The position numbers and the translations under genes are program-made. This document shows, piece after piece, positions 1-11,493 of a stretch of 64,000 bases of DNA. The stretch lies in contig OY769902.1 of assembly GCA_963669175.1 (NCBI GenBank), positions 96,001 to 160,000 of the forward strand, given 5' to 3'. Under the pieces are notes generated by a model. That model was not told the DNA's origin, did no database searches, and was given only the letters and a program-made list of their open reading frames with translations. Numbering within the stretch: position 1 is the first letter of the stretch; every line of letters starts with the position of its first letter. This DNA is from a bacterium (GTDB lineage: Bacteria; Electryoneota; Electryoneia; Electryoneales; Electryoneaceae).

Positions 1-2043
1 CAGCGCTTCTTTGTTGTCGTCGGTTTCACAAAGATCACGAGATGCTGAGTCCATCAGGCGGCACCAGTTGGAAGCAAAGATTCCGTAAGCGTAATCCCCG
101 TTGGCTTCATAGATGGCAGCCGATGTCCCCAGCAAATCCAGGAATTCCGAGGCGATGTTTCCGAGCATTTTATGACCGACAGATTGCAGAATCAGACCAT
201 CTGTATTCAACGAGGTCAGGTCGCCATACTCCTGCACCGGTATACTTTCCTGATCACTGGCTGCGCGTGTAATGGATTTTGACAACATCCATTCGATTCG
301 TTGCAGGTCCGCTTCCACACGTTTCAGTTCTGAAATATCCTGATTGACCATGATGGCAGCCTGCACGGAACCATCATCATCGATTACCGGCGCTGTTGAG
401 TTAAGAATGGTGCGTGATTGACCATCGAACGCCTCAATCTCCAGCATCTCATCGGTGATTGTTTCCCCATCGCGAATAGTTTTGGCCAGCGCCCACTCGT
501 GAAGCTGTATCTCTTCTCCCGATGGTACCCGCTTGGCCTTGAAAATGCCAACATCTGACGGGGCAGAATTCGGATCAGCGCCCCAGATTTCCATCCCCTT
601 GCGATTCCCGTTGATCAGGTTGCCATTTTCGTCGGCAAGCCATAACCCAACCGGGAGAATATCAAAGATGCGTTGCAGCAGACCCTCACGCTTGCGTAAA
701 GCATCTTCCGTCAGTGTGCGTGACGTAATATCCTGGATTGTCCCGAAAGACCGTACCGCTTCACCTTCTTCATTTACCTCCACTTTGAATACATCATTGA
801 ACCACTTTTGCACACCGCTGGTTGTAAATCCCCTGTGGGCAAACTCCACTGTTTTCCCGGTAGCAACTGATTTTTCAAAATGTTTTTGGATTTTTTCCTG
901 ATCATCGGGGGGGATGTATTCCATGAAGGCGTCATACGTTAATACTGGTGACTCCATGTCAATCTCAAACATGGAATAGATGACATCGGACCACTTGAGC
1001 CGGTCATTAATGATATCATATTCCCAGAATCCAATCTGGGCTATCTGCTGGGCCTTACGAAGGTTTTTTTCACTTTCACGAAGGGCGTGATCGGCAGCGC
1101 GACGATCTGTCACATCACGCGAATTGACAACCACAGCTTCCACATCCGGGTTATCAAGCAGATTGGTGGCAACATTGTCAATCCATACCCAATGGCCGTC
1201 CTTATGCCTGACTTGCGCTTCCCAGGCTTCCATTCCCCCGGGCGTATTTAATAGCCTCGTCATGCAGGTTGTTACAACGTCAAGAGAATCAGGATGAATA
1301 GAAGTGTCATACTTGTGACCAATCAATTCTTCCGGTGTGTATCCCAGGATATTTTGAACAGAACTGCTGAAATACTTCGCAGTCCCGTCACGGTCAACCA
1401 GAACGATAATGCCCCAGGAATGCTCCAGCATGCTGCGCAGACGGTGTTCGGTATGCTTCAGGTCTTCAGCAATCTTCCGTTTTTTCTGCTGCAGGTTCAG
1501 CAAACGTCCCAGCAACATGGTTCCCAACGGATAAATTACCAGAACGGGCCAGGCGATATTTCGCAATGTCCCAATTGCCACATGGAAGGGCATGGCAAAT
1601 GTGCAGCCAAGCATCACCAGGTGAACAGCCAGGCCAAGCAGGTAAAGATCAATCCAGCCTTTTCGTGATGGCAGGTACCGCCGCCAGAGCAACCCGAGAC
1701 CGGTTGCCGTAATAATGACACTGATCCCCATCGATGCGCCAACGCCACCCTGTATGATGCGAAAGACGCCGGTAATCAGTATGGCGACCAAACTGGGAAT
1801 AGGACCAAAGAAAAGACCACTACAGGCAAGAAGTATGGAACGTGTATCAAAAAACAGGCCGGGCAACAACTCCCAGCGACTGAGCATCAGGGCGATACCA
1901 ATAAGCCCAATAATTAAACCGGAAAGAATTTTTCTGTAAACAGATTTGGAATCTCGACTGATCGGTACAAGCGAATATAGCACTCCCAGGGATATCAATA
2001 GGGCGGCATTGTTTACCATCCCCTGAAAAGCAGCAAGAATCAT
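1..2043 (-). CDS. Membrane sensor protein, 5TMR-LYT (LytS/YhcK-type) plus several PAS/PAC domains, probably a histidine kinase; runs off the window start
   Basis: Absent from the ORF track because its stop lies outside the window. Manual translation from ATG at 2043 gives [25 protein letters not shown]...[22 protein letters not shown] (5TM-LYT pattern). PAS/PAC motifs follow ([17 protein letters not shown]), and sampled segments stay in frame to position 1. Confidence 0.85.
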   Translation of the reverse strand, partial: MILAAFQGMVNNAALLISLGVLYSLVPISRDSKSVYRKILSGLIIGLIGIALMLSRWELLPGLFFDTRSILLACSGLFFGPIPSLVAILITGVFRIIQGGVGASMGISVIITATGLGLLWRRYLPSRKGWIDLYLLGLAVHLVMLGCTFAMPFHVAIGTLRNIAWPVLVIYPLGTMLLGRLLNLQQKKRKIAEDLKHTEHRLRSMLEHSWGIIVLVDRDGTAKYFSSSVQNILGYTPEELIGHKYDTSIHPDSLDVVTTCMTRLLNTPGGMEAWEAQVRHKDGHWVWIDNVATNLLDNPDVEAVVVNSRDVTDRRAADHALRESEKNLRKAQQIAQIGFWEYDIINDRLKWSDVIYSMFEIDMESPVLTYDAFMEYIPPDDQEKIQKHFEKSVATGKTVEFAHRGFTTSGVQKWFNDVFKVEVNEEGEAVRSFGTIQDITSRTLTEDALRKREGLLQRIFDILPVGLWLADENGNLINGNRKGMEIWGADPNSAPSDVGIFKAKRVPSGEEIQLHEWALAKTIRDGETITDEMLEIEAFDGQSRTILNSTAPVIDDDGSVQAAIMVNQDISELKRVEADLQRIEWMLSKSITRAASDQESIPVQEYGDLTSLNTDGLILQSVGHKMLGNIASEFLDLLGTSAAIYEANGDYAYGIFASNWCRLMDSASRDLCETDDNKEAL

Positions 2044-2188
2044 TGATAGACCTTTCTAAAGGCTGAAGCAAGAAGCTCTACACTCCTTTAAAGGCTCAGT
2101 GAAGCTGTGCATGATCTTGTGAAAAGTACTTACCTATATATAAGAATTCAACGAAAAACCCTTACAGCAATGGGTTTTTTCTTATTGT

Positions 2189-5100
2189 TCAGCTATCCAG
2201 AGCCCTCCTCACCTGGTCCCCCAGGATGGCTATTGAGAAAGGCTTCTGCATGAAGTTTACTCCCTCGTCCAGAATTCCACGATGTGCAATCACATTCGCC
2301 GTATACCCTGACATAAACAGTGTTTTCAAGTCCGGGTAGGAAACCTTCAACGCATTCGCCAGCTCCTTGCCATTCATTTGTGGCATGACAACATCAGTAA
2401 TCAGAAGATGAACTTTGTCACCGTATGTTTGAATCAAGTGGAAAGCATCCTCTGGAGTATTGGCTGTGAGTACCGTGTAGCCAAGCCCTTCCAGAATACG
2501 TTTGCCCAACCGGAGAATAGATGGTTCATCTTCAACAATCAGGATGGTTTCCGATCCTTCAATGACATTTTGTCTGCCCTTTTTCCGTTCATCCGGCGCT
2601 GCGTCACCAAGGAAACGCGGGAAATAGATTTTAAATGAGGTTCCTACATCTATTTCGCTGTACACCTTGATGAATCCATTGTTCTGTTTGACGATTCCGT
2701 AGGCCATTGCCAAGCCGAGCCCTGTCCCTTCGCCCTGTTTTTTTGTTGTAAAAAAGGGCTCGAATACATCTTTCAGGATCTCATTCGGGATACCGCACCC
2801 ATCGTCTGAAATGGCGATCTTTACAAAATCGCCAGGCACAAATCCCATGTTGATTTCGCAGTAGTCCTCGTCGAAAACAACATTTTCCGTTTCAATGGTC
2901 AGCTTGCCGTTGCCTGAAATGGCATCACGGGCATTGACCGCAAGATTGGCCAGTATCTGGTTTATCTGGGTTGTATCGATTTTCACAGGCCACAGATCCA
3001 CCCCCGGCATCCAGGCCAGATCAATATCTTCGCCAATCAGGCGGCGAAGCATGTTCAGTGTACCGGTCACAACATCGTTGAGAATAACCGCTTTCGGTGA
3101 AATGGGTTGACGACGCGCAAAGGCCAGGAGCTGGCGAGTCAGGTTCGCGGATTGATCCGCGGCATGTTCTATTTCAGACACCAGCTTGCGATTATCCTTC
3201 GACAGGGCATCATCCATGGAAACAAGCTCACAGTTGCCCAAAATCGTTTGCAGCATGTTGTTAAAGTCGTGTGCAACCCCACCGGCTAAACGTCCGATTG
3301 ATTCCAACTTCTGTGCCTGTACAAGTTGAGCTTGCAGTTGCTCCTGCCGCACGATGGCTTTCTTCCGGTCTGAGATATCCCTGGCAATAATCAGGATGGA
3401 ATCAATGTTCCCCTCTTTTATAACTGCCGTTGACTTCACTTCAACCGGAATCTCTTCTCCATCTTTGTTTACCAGTTTTGTTTCATATTCTTTCTTTCCG
3501 GAAAATCCTTCATGCCTGTTGACCTGGCGATCAACTACCCCTTCCAGCTCACTGTCAGGAACAAACTCCATAATATTATGCGACAGGATTTCTTCGCTGG
3601 AATAGCCAAGGAAACTCAATCCGGACTGGTTGATAAATAGAATTCTTCCTTTGAGATCGTGAAGTACGATGAAGTCATCCGCCGTCTCGGCCAGGAGACG
3701 GTATTTCTCCTCGCTTTCCTGTAAGGCTTCCCTGGCCAGTACACGATCCGTAATGTCTACAATGATCCCATTGGCCCATTCGATCCACTCAGGATTGTCC
3801 TCTTTGGGTATACCATTGCTCCTCGCATGAAGCCAGATCCAACCTCGTGTGGGATGCTTATAGCGAAATTCTTCGTCAAACAAGAAGGGAGGCTGGCACC
3901 CGCGAATGTTGGCCTCCTTCAACCGGGAAAAGTCTTCCGGATGGACATTGACAAACCAACTGGTAAAATCCATGCTGTCTTCAAGCGGTATCCCCAGGAT
4001 TTGTTCAATGGAAGGGCTGACCAGGGTGACGATGGGCGACATGGGGTCCGGACCGGCTTGCAGACGATAGATCAAATACCCCACCGGATTCTCCAACAGG
4101 GAGGAGAAGTGCATATCACGCTCCCTGAGGGCTTCTTCTGCTTTCTTCCGTTCGGTTATATCCAGGTGAGTGCCACAAGCCCGGAGCGCTTTTCCATCCT
4201 GGTCACGCTCAATGACTTTGCCCCTGTCCAGTACCCAAACCCAGTTTCCGGATTTGTGCCGCATACGATGCTCGGTTTCATATTGATCCGTTTTACCTTG
4301 TATGTGCTCCTCCAGCTTTTCGTTGACAAAAGGAAAATCGTCCGGATGAACCAGGTTTTCCCACGCCTCAACACCATCATCAAGTTCTTCCCTGGCATAT
4401 CCTACCATATCGCACCACTGGTCATTAAAGACAACACTTTCATTCACGATATCCCAATCCCATGTCCCCAGATCAGCGCCAAGAATAGCAAGCTCCATGC
4501 GCTTTTCACTGTCATCCAGCGCTTTGCGTGCATTATCCAGGTCTGTGATGAATCGTGCCTGTTGAACATTCTGATAGGCAATGTTTGATAACTGGTTCGC
4601 CAGGGTAAACAACGCCTGGGAAATTTGTTCAAAGCGTTCTCTGGACATGGCCGGTACGGCTTGAAATGCTGCTGCCGCTTCATCTTCATCGGCGCCGATA
4701 TCACGAGCGTACTGCCTGATTTTCTCTTCGCTCTGCGTATTATCTCGAACCTGCCCGATTAACCAGTTGGCAATATGATGTCCCCCAACCGAAATAGCAG
4801 CGCCTGCATCCCAGAGACCCCCGCTCATACAAGGCTGGATGGTCGGTCCATCTGGATTATATTTTCCCAGTTCCGCATCAGAACGATAGCAGTTTCTTCG
4901 CCCCTTCTCTGTCTTACGAATAATATTGTTGCACAGGTGACAAAACTGGCTCGGTCTGGTAATTGGGGTTCCATCCGTATGAGTAATCATGGAAGCCACC
5001 CCTGTCGCAAGGGCAAACTCTTCTTGAAGTTCCTGAATCTCCTCAAGATTAAACAACTCTTCAAACTCGATGTTGTTTTGCTTGCTTAACGGGCGTGTCA

Positions 5101-6472
5101 GGGCAATGAGTCGCTTTTCAAGAGCGACCTCAGCTCTCTTTTTCTCTGTGATGTCTTCCCCGGAACTCAGTGTGCCGGTAATCTTGCCGTCCTTATCACG
5201 CAAGACAGTATTATGCCAGGCGATCAAACGCTCTTCGCCGCTATGGCTGATAATCGGATTCTCGAAATACTCAACAGGTTCAATGTCCCCACGCATCAAT
5301 TGCGAAAAAACTGTTTTCATCTGCTTGTTAATGCTGTCAGGAATGAATTCTTTGAAATAATCCCTGTTCAATATCTCTTCCTGGGATGCCCCCAGAACAG
5401 AACAACCTTTCTGGTTGATTTGTGTGATAATTCCATTTTCATCCATGGCAAGCAGAATTACCCCGGACACATCAAAATACAGCTTGGCACGATCCCCCTC
5501 TTCACGAAGCTTGTTTTCTGCTTCTCTTATTTCAGTTATATCAATGCCATGAACAACAATTCCTGTTATTCCACTACCGTTAGATTGGTAGGGCTGGTAA
5601 TCCATACGAAGGAAACGCTCCCCGATGTCGGGCACATGAATGGATACTTCATACTGGAGGGCTTCACCTTTCAAGCAACGGTCCATCTTGGGCTTTATCG
5701 TATTGACAAAAACATCTTCTCCCGACAGTTCCGCCACCCTGTGACCAACAATTTTATCGCGAGAAAGGTTGAAATAGCGACAATAGCCGTCATTGACAGT
5801 CTCATAGCGATAATCGCTGGTAATAAAAGATATAAGGTTGGGAGTTGTGGAAACAATATGCTCAAACAGATGTAATTGCTTGTTTTTATATATCTTATGA
5901 AGCGCATATGACACATCAGAGGTTAATTCCGCAAAAAGCTCTTTTTCTTCTCTGTAGTCCACATATACGATAGGCACCGATACAGAAATAATGCCGTACA
6001 AATGGCCTTGATACATCAGCTTTTTCGAAAAACTTGCTCGATTGGTGTATTCATCCCGTAAAGGACATCCCGGACAGTATGTCTGAGGATCCTTAATGAT
6101 GACAATTCCTTTAGTATCAACAACTTTTTTAATACACTCCAGCTTGCCTTCCTTTTCCAGGTATTCTTTCATTGAGGCAAAATCATCTTTGAAACCTGAT
6201 GAAGCTGTCTCCCTGATATTATTATTTTTATCAAACAGTACTATCCAGGCATGATGATATCCCATTGTAAGAATTAGATTTTCACATGCTTTTTGTATCA
6301 GAATACTGGGATCATTCTCTGTAATAATAAGTTTATTAACATTTCGTATTGCGAGAAGTACTTTCATAATGTGGCTGTTTCGTTCTGCCTGTTCAGCCAT
6401 TCTTCCCGCAGCAGCTTCACTCGCAGCCAGCTTTTCTTCAAGCTCTTTATAACCTGGATTTTCCTTTTCCAT
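2189..6472 (-). CDS. Cytoplasmic hybrid histidine kinase (GAF, PAS x5, PocR, HisKA, HATPase, REC)
   Basis: H-box [12 protein letters not shown]-box NLAVNARDA, G-boxes DDGCGI and GTGLGL, receiver LLITDVVMP. PocR-like segment with FCHLC...CYRSD...CMSGGLWDAGAAI. Confidence 0.95.
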   Translation of the reverse strand: MEKENPGYKELEEKLAASEAAAGRMAEQAERNSHIMKVLLAIRNVNKLIITENDPSILIQKACENLILTMGYHHAWIVLFDKNNNIRETASSGFKDDFASMKEYLEKEGKLECIKKVVDTKGIVIIKDPQTYCPGCPLRDEYTNRASFSKKLMYQGHLYGIISVSVPIVYVDYREEKELFAELTSDVSYALHKIYKNKQLHLFEHIVSTTPNLISFITSDYRYETVNDGYCRYFNLSRDKIVGHRVAELSGEDVFVNTIKPKMDRCLKGEALQYEVSIHVPDIGERFLRMDYQPYQSNGSGITGIVVHGIDITEIREAENKLREEGDRAKLYFDVSGVILLAMDENGIITQINQKGCSVLGASQEEILNRDYFKEFIPDSINKQMKTVFSQLMRGDIEPVEYFENPIISHSGEERLIAWHNTVLRDKDGKITGTLSSGEDITEKKRAEVALEKRLIALTRPLSKQNNIEFEELFNLEEIQELQEEFALATGVASMITHTDGTPITRPSQFCHLCNNIIRKTEKGRRNCYRSDAELGKYNPDGPTIQPCMSGGLWDAGAAISVGGHHIANWLIGQVRDNTQSEEKIRQYARDIGADEDEAAAAFQAVPAMSRERFEQISQALFTLANQLSNIAYQNVQQARFITDLDNARKALDDSEKRMELAILGADLGTWDWDIVNESVVFNDQWCDMVGYAREELDDGVEAWENLVHPDDFPFVNEKLEEHIQGKTDQYETEHRMRHKSGNWVWVLDRGKVIERDQDGKALRACGTHLDITERKKAEEALRERDMHFSSLLENPVGYLIYRLQAGPDPMSPIVTLVSPSIEQILGIPLEDSMDFTSWFVNVHPEDFSRLKEANIRGCQPPFLFDEEFRYKHPTRGWIWLHARSNGIPKEDNPEWIEWANGIIVDITDRVLAREALQESEEKYRLLAETADDFIVLHDLKGRILFINQSGLSFLGYSSEEILSHNIMEFVPDSELEGVVDRQVNRHEGFSGKKEYETKLVNKDGEEIPVEVKSTAVIKEGNIDSILIIARDISDRKKAIVRQEQLQAQLVQAQKLESIGRLAGGVAHDFNNMLQTILGNCELVSMDDALSKDNRKLVSEIEHAADQSANLTRQLLAFARRQPISPKAVILNDVVTGTLNMLRRLIGEDIDLAWMPGVDLWPVKIDTTQINQILANLAVNARDAISGNGKLTIETENVVFDEDYCEINMGFVPGDFVKIAISDDGCGIPNEILKDVFEPFFTTKKQGEGTGLGLAMAYGIVKQNNGFIKVYSEIDVGTSFKIYFPRFLGDAAPDERKKGRQNVIEGSETILIVEDEPSILRLGKRILEGLGYTVLTANTPEDAFHLIQTYGDKVHLLITDVVMPQMNGKELANALKVSYPDLKTLFMSGYTANVIAHRGILDEGVNFMQKPFSIAILGDQVRRALDS

Positions 6473-6642
6473 GCATCTTCCCCTGCCTGTGTAAATCTTG
6501 CAGCAAGCTCACAATTCATCAATATAGTAAGTAAGCATCACATATGTCGAACAATGTGATCCCGGTCAAACCGTATTGCTTAGAATCCTTCCCTATCCCT
6601 CTTTCTGGCGGTATCCGTAATTGCACTTGTTACTTGTTCATA

Positions 6643-9600
6643 TCAAGCGCTTTCCTCAATTGCTTCACGCACCTTTTCGGAGAGTAGTTTTACCGTAAAT
6701 GGTTTTTTCATAAAATTGATACCTTCGTCAAGAACACCGCGTTTTGCAATAATATCCGCAGTATAGCCTGACATGAATAGTGATTTCAGACCTGGTCTGA
6801 TTTCCAGCAACTTGTTCATCAGCTCGCTTCCGTTCATCTGGGGCATTACCACATCAGATATGATCAAGTGTATTTCCTGGGTGTAGTCTTGAACAAGATG
6901 AATTGCTTCATTCGGCGAGTGAGCAGCTAAAACAGTATAGCCCAACCCGTTCAACATCCTTTTCCCTATTCGCAGGATGGCGGCATCGTCTTCTACCAGC
7001 AAAATCGTTTCTGTTCCGCCAACAATCGGTTCCTGCAACTGAGCATCCGGGCCTTCATCACTGTCCGTTTGAAATCTCCTGAAATAAATTGTAAAAGTGG
7101 TGCCTTCGCCCAGGATACTGTCAACGGTGATGTGGCCATTATTCTGTTTAACGATACCATAGATGGTCGCCAATCCAAGACCGGTGCCTTCCCCCTGCTT
7201 CTTGGTGGTGAAAAATGGTTCAAAGATATCGGAGAGATATTCACTCTTGATTCCGGTTCCCGTGTCGCTTACCGCCAGGCGTACGTAATCACCGGGCTCC
7301 ACGTCAGTTAAACCGCTACAAAACTCCTCATCCAGCAAAACATTCCGGGTTTCAATGGTTATTTTCCCCACACCGTCCAGGGCATCCCTTGCGTTGACGG
7401 AAAGATTGGCGAGAATCTGGTTTATTTGCGTGGGGTCCATCTTGGTTTTCCACAAATCAGCGCCCGGCATCCAGGCCAGGTTAATATCTTCACCAATCAG
7501 TCGGCGAAGCATTTTCAGCATCCCGGACACGGTATCATTCAGATCGAGTACTTTAGGCGCAATGGTCTGCTGACGTGCAAAAGCCAGCAACTGCCTGGTA
7601 AGGTTGGCAGATTGATAGGCTGCGCCCTTTATTTCAGACAATAATCCTTCCAGTTCACTGCTCAGGTTGCTGTTCATCGAGGCGAGTTCGCAATTGCCCA
7701 GGATAGTCTGCAGCATGTTGTTGAAATCGTGGGCCACACCACCGGCCAAACGGCCGACTGATTCGAGTTTCTGAGATTGAAGCAGTTGAGTTTGAAGCTT
7801 GCTGCGTTCTTCTTCTACCTGTTTTCGATCTGTGATATCTGTGATGAATCCTTCAAGAAACAGCAATTTATCGTTTTCAAATATTCCTGCGCCAAACTCT
7901 TCCCACCACAACCATCTTCCATCACTATGTTGCATCCGGTAAGTCAGGTGGAAGGGTTCCTTTTTCGCAACGGCTTCATCAACATCGCGATAAATATTGT
8001 CAAGGTCATCCGGGTGGTATAAATCTGTAAAACTCAGTTGATCGTCCAGGAAGAGGTTCTTATTGTAGCCGACCATTGTTTCAATTGCATCATTCAAATA
8101 CAACATGGTGTAGCGAGAATCATTTTTACACAGGTAGATAATGCCCGGAATATGATCCGCCAACGCCCTGAAACGCTGTTCACTTTCACGTAAAGCTTCT
8201 TCAGCCTTCTTGCGATCTGAAATATCCCGGATGACTACCAGGGTGCCATACATTGCACCGGCGCTGAACAGGGAACCATTTAGCTCACCGGTAAATACAG
8301 TCCCATCGTAGCGTTTCATCAACAGCTCAAATCCGACCAGTTTACCGCCTGATCCCATAGTTTCCCTGAAAGCGTCAAGCGCTTTGTTAATATGGGATTC
8401 ATCCAGAAAATCAGTGAAGTGTCGCCCCATCATCGCTTCTGGTGCAATCGAAAAGATACTCTGAGATGCAGGTGACACATAGACAATTACACCGTTCATG
8501 TCGGTGACAGCAATGAGGTCTGTCGATTGTTCTGTTAGTGAGCGAAAGCGTTCTTCACTTTCACGCAATGCCATGTCTGATTGAACCCGATCAGTGATAT
8601 CCAGGTATACCGCTATGCCAGCTACAACCTGCTGCTGTGCATTGTATAAAGGGGACGCATTTGCCCAGATAAAGCGCTCTTCACCACTGTCCAGTTTGAA
8701 AATGTGTTCGGCGCTGGATGATTTCCCGTACAGCACAGCTTGCGCCAATGGCCCTTCATCTTTCCCGAATGGTGAACCGTCGAGATGGTAAATTAGCCAT
8801 TGGGTGGCCAGTTTTTCATCCTCTTTGCAATCGTCAACACTTTTGTAGTCTTTGCCGTAAATTCTCCAGCCGGCCTCATTAACAAAACTCAACTTCGCGT
8901 CCGGCGCTTCAGCAATCGCAATACCGGCAAGGCTGTTATCCATTGCCGCCTTCAAGATGGCCTGGTTGCGCTGCAGATCGGCTGTCCGAGCTGCCACCTC
9001 ACGTTTTAATTGGCGAGACCAGATCAGTGAACCAAACAGGGCAATCAGAAGTGGCAATATCAAAATCGCTGAATACTTCAGAATGGTGCTGAAACTGGAG
9101 GAGGGTTCATCATATACACTTAACCAATGCTGATAAATATGATGATATTCGCCATTATCATCGAGAACTTGTAGCCCTTCGCTCAGCTCAGATAATAACG
9201 CATGCTCACCCTTGGGAACTGCATAACAGTACTGGGACGTAAGTAGCGATTTGTGACCAACCTCCAGATCCTGCCATTCATTTTTCTTGATCCAGTACAG
9301 AGCAGGCAATCGCGCAACCAGGGCGCAGTCTGCATGACCATGCAATACCTCTTCCAGCGCTTGTTCCTGTGTTGCCACAGTCAGCAGGTTTTCATCAAGG
9401 TGGTGTTCAACGCTAAAATCGTGCATGATATCACCAGCCATGACAACAAGCCGCATCGCTGCAAGATCCTCAAGTTGTTCCGGTGGTGAACACTCCCCTT
9501 TCCGTACCACACCAACATGATGAATCATTGTATGGGGCTGGGAAAAATCGAATTCAATATCACGTTGTGGCGAATAAAACATACCTTGAATTGCATCAAT

Positions 9601-10581
9601 CTCGCCATTCTGCAACCCCTGCCTGATATCGCCCCATTTATCCAGCTTTATGTGGACATTTAGCCCCATCTCTGCTGCAATAGCCTTTGTCAGAGCTACA
9701 TTATACCCTGCTGGATGACCAAGCTCATCAATGTACTCGAAAGGTGGATAATCAAAATCACCACCGATGATAAGGGGTTGTCCCGATGTAAGCTCAAATG
9801 CACCAAACCACTTGGTGTACAACTTCTGGAAGGTTCCGTTGGCCATGATAATCGACAGGCCTTCATTAAGCAGCGCGAGTGTTTTACGGTCGCCTTCCTG
9901 AACTGCAAAACAGAAATCCTGGCGAAAATCAAGCAGAGGACCATCCACTATGCGCAGGTTGCTTATCCCTGTCTGCTGGATTAAACGTAACGCCAGCAGA
10001 CGCTGGATCACGACTGCGTCACAGCTTCCCCTGGAAAGGTTTAGCAGAGCCTGTTCAAAGGTGTTGACAGTGACAATTTTGTATCCACCGTCTTTCCTTC
10101 GGAGATATTCTTCCGCATTATCACCTGCCATCACGCCGACAGTTTTCCCTGCCAAATCTTCAAAACAGGTGATATCTTCTGTGCCTTCACGGACCACTAT
10201 TGCACCGTGAAGCGACAGGTAGGGAAATGAGAAATCAAACAGAAATTCACGTTCAGGTGTGCGACCTACAAGAGGCAAGGCTTCAATATCACGATTTTCC
10301 AACATCTGCCTGACTTCAGTCCAGGTGCCCGTTCGGAAAGTAACTTTGCAGGACATCACTTCAGCAGCAGCCTTGAACAGATCAACAGCAAAACCTTCCG
10401 CCTGACCGGACAGGTTCACCATGCAAAACGGGGGATAATTAATTTCACACGCCGACTGAATGGTCCTGACTGGGGCATCGAGGGAATTGGATGGAGCGCC
10501 TGAAGGAATAGCAAGAGCAATATTCGTGAACAGCAAAATTAGCAACATAACGCTAAACACACGTATGCATGCATTGGCCAT
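6643..10581 (-). CDS. Membrane hybrid histidine kinase with two tandem periplasmic amino-acid-binding (PBPb) domains, PAS x3, HisKA, HATPase, REC
   Basis: Signal/TM N-terminus and two 'YPPF' PBPb repeats, then a TM helix, [14 protein letters not shown] and IISDVVMP. Start moved to ATG 10581, which follows a GGGGAGG RBS. Confidence 0.93.
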   Translation of the reverse strand: MANACIRVFSVMLLILLFTNIALAIPSGAPSNSLDAPVRTIQSACEINYPPFCMVNLSGQAEGFAVDLFKAAAEVMSCKVTFRTGTWTEVRQMLENRDIEALPLVGRTPEREFLFDFSFPYLSLHGAIVVREGTEDITCFEDLAGKTVGVMAGDNAEEYLRRKDGGYKIVTVNTFEQALLNLSRGSCDAVVIQRLLALRLIQQTGISNLRIVDGPLLDFRQDFCFAVQEGDRKTLALLNEGLSIIMANGTFQKLYTKWFGAFELTSGQPLIIGGDFDYPPFEYIDELGHPAGYNVALTKAIAAEMGLNVHIKLDKWGDIRQGLQNGEIDAIQGMFYSPQRDIEFDFSQPHTMIHHVGVVRKGECSPPEQLEDLAAMRLVVMAGDIMHDFSVEHHLDENLLTVATQEQALEEVLHGHADCALVARLPALYWIKKNEWQDLEVGHKSLLTSQYCYAVPKGEHALLSELSEGLQVLDDNGEYHHIYQHWLSVYDEPSSSFSTILKYSAILILPLLIALFGSLIWSRQLKREVAARTADLQRNQAILKAAMDNSLAGIAIAEAPDAKLSFVNEAGWRIYGKDYKSVDDCKEDEKLATQWLIYHLDGSPFGKDEGPLAQAVLYGKSSSAEHIFKLDSGEERFIWANASPLYNAQQQVVAGIAVYLDITDRVQSDMALRESEERFRSLTEQSTDLIAVTDMNGVIVYVSPASQSIFSIAPEAMMGRHFTDFLDESHINKALDAFRETMGSGGKLVGFELLMKRYDGTVFTGELNGSLFSAGAMYGTLVVIRDISDRKKAEEALRESEQRFRALADHIPGIIYLCKNDSRYTMLYLNDAIETMVGYNKNLFLDDQLSFTDLYHPDDLDNIYRDVDEAVAKKEPFHLTYRMQHSDGRWLWWEEFGAGIFENDKLLFLEGFITDITDRKQVEEERSKLQTQLLQSQKLESVGRLAGGVAHDFNNMLQTILGNCELASMNSNLSSELEGLLSEIKGAAYQSANLTRQLLAFARQQTIAPKVLDLNDTVSGMLKMLRRLIGEDINLAWMPGADLWKTKMDPTQINQILANLSVNARDALDGVGKITIETRNVLLDEEFCSGLTDVEPGDYVRLAVSDTGTGIKSEYLSDIFEPFFTTKKQGEGTGLGLATIYGIVKQNNGHITVDSILGEGTTFTIYFRRFQTDSDEGPDAQLQEPIVGGTETILLVEDDAAILRIGKRMLNGLGYTVLAAHSPNEAIHLVQDYTQEIHLIISDVVMPQMNGSELMNKLLEIRPGLKSLFMSGYTADIIAKRGVLDEGINFMKKPFTVKLLSEKVREAIEESA

Positions 10582-10812
10582 TCGCCACCCTCCCCAGGTT
10601 ATTCCTATTGCGGATCGCTCCACAAAGAGGCTATAAATTGAAAGATACAACTAATTAGGCAAACGAACTAGCAATAGATTTCAGGAATAAGAGCTTGCTG
10701 AGATCAATGATAGAAAAATTTACTACTAGCCCCACATATTAATTCTATATAATCAACATTTTAAGTCTCACCCATTCTACCATTCGCAATATTGCACTAT
10801 TGTTACACACTG

Positions 10813-11493
10813 CTAACACTTACTCAACATGTAACCTTTTCCTCGAATAGTCACAAGATTGACCTGGCTGTCCCGTAACAGTTTCCTCAATTTTGATATA
10901 TGAACATCTACGGTACGTGTTGATATACCGCTATCCACCCCCCACACGGTTGACAACAGTTGATCACGTTCAATCAACTCTTCCGGCCTGTTGAGAAAAA
11001 AGGCCAAAAGCGGGAACAGGATTCCGGGTAATTCAATTCTGGTATTCTTGCAATGCGCGCAACGATTGGATGGATCCAGGGATATCCCGGCATAGGATGT
11101 GACTTCGTTTTCTGCTTTGTGATTAAAGCCGGATCGACGCAACACCGCACGGATGCGTTCAATCAGCTCGTTCATCCCAAACGGTTTGACCACATAATCA
11201 TCCGCGCCCAGCCGGAATCCTTTTACCCGTTGCCACTCTTCACCCAGCGCTGTCAGCATGATTACCGGTGTATAGTCATTGGAAGAGCGCATATCGGTCA
11301 GTACTCGATACCCGTCCCGACCGGGCAGCATCAGGTCCAGCAACACCAGGTCCGGCTTCCGTTCCTGCCAGCATTTGACGCCGGAATCACCATTCCCGGC
11401 GCCAAATGCCTCGAAACCTTCTGCCTTGAGTTGATCAATCAGGCCGTTCCGCAGACGGGCGTTATCCTCGATGACCAGAATTCTCGGCTTCAT
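10813..11493 (-). CDS. OmpR/PhoB-family response regulator
   Basis: REC domain (VIED, LLDLMLP, KPF) plus winged-helix tail RTVDVHISKLR...TIRGKGY. Overlaps the kinase stop (ATGA). Confidence 0.96.
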   Translation of the reverse strand: MKPRILVIEDNARLRNGLIDQLKAEGFEAFGAGNGDSGVKCWQERKPDLVLLDLMLPGRDGYRVLTDMRSSNDYTPVIMLTALGEEWQRVKGFRLGADDYVVKPFGMNELIERIRAVLRRSGFNHKAENEVTSYAGISLDPSNRCAHCKNTRIELPGILFPLLAFFLNRPEELIERDQLLSTVWGVDSGISTRTVDVHISKLRKLLRDSQVNLVTIRGKGYMLSKC

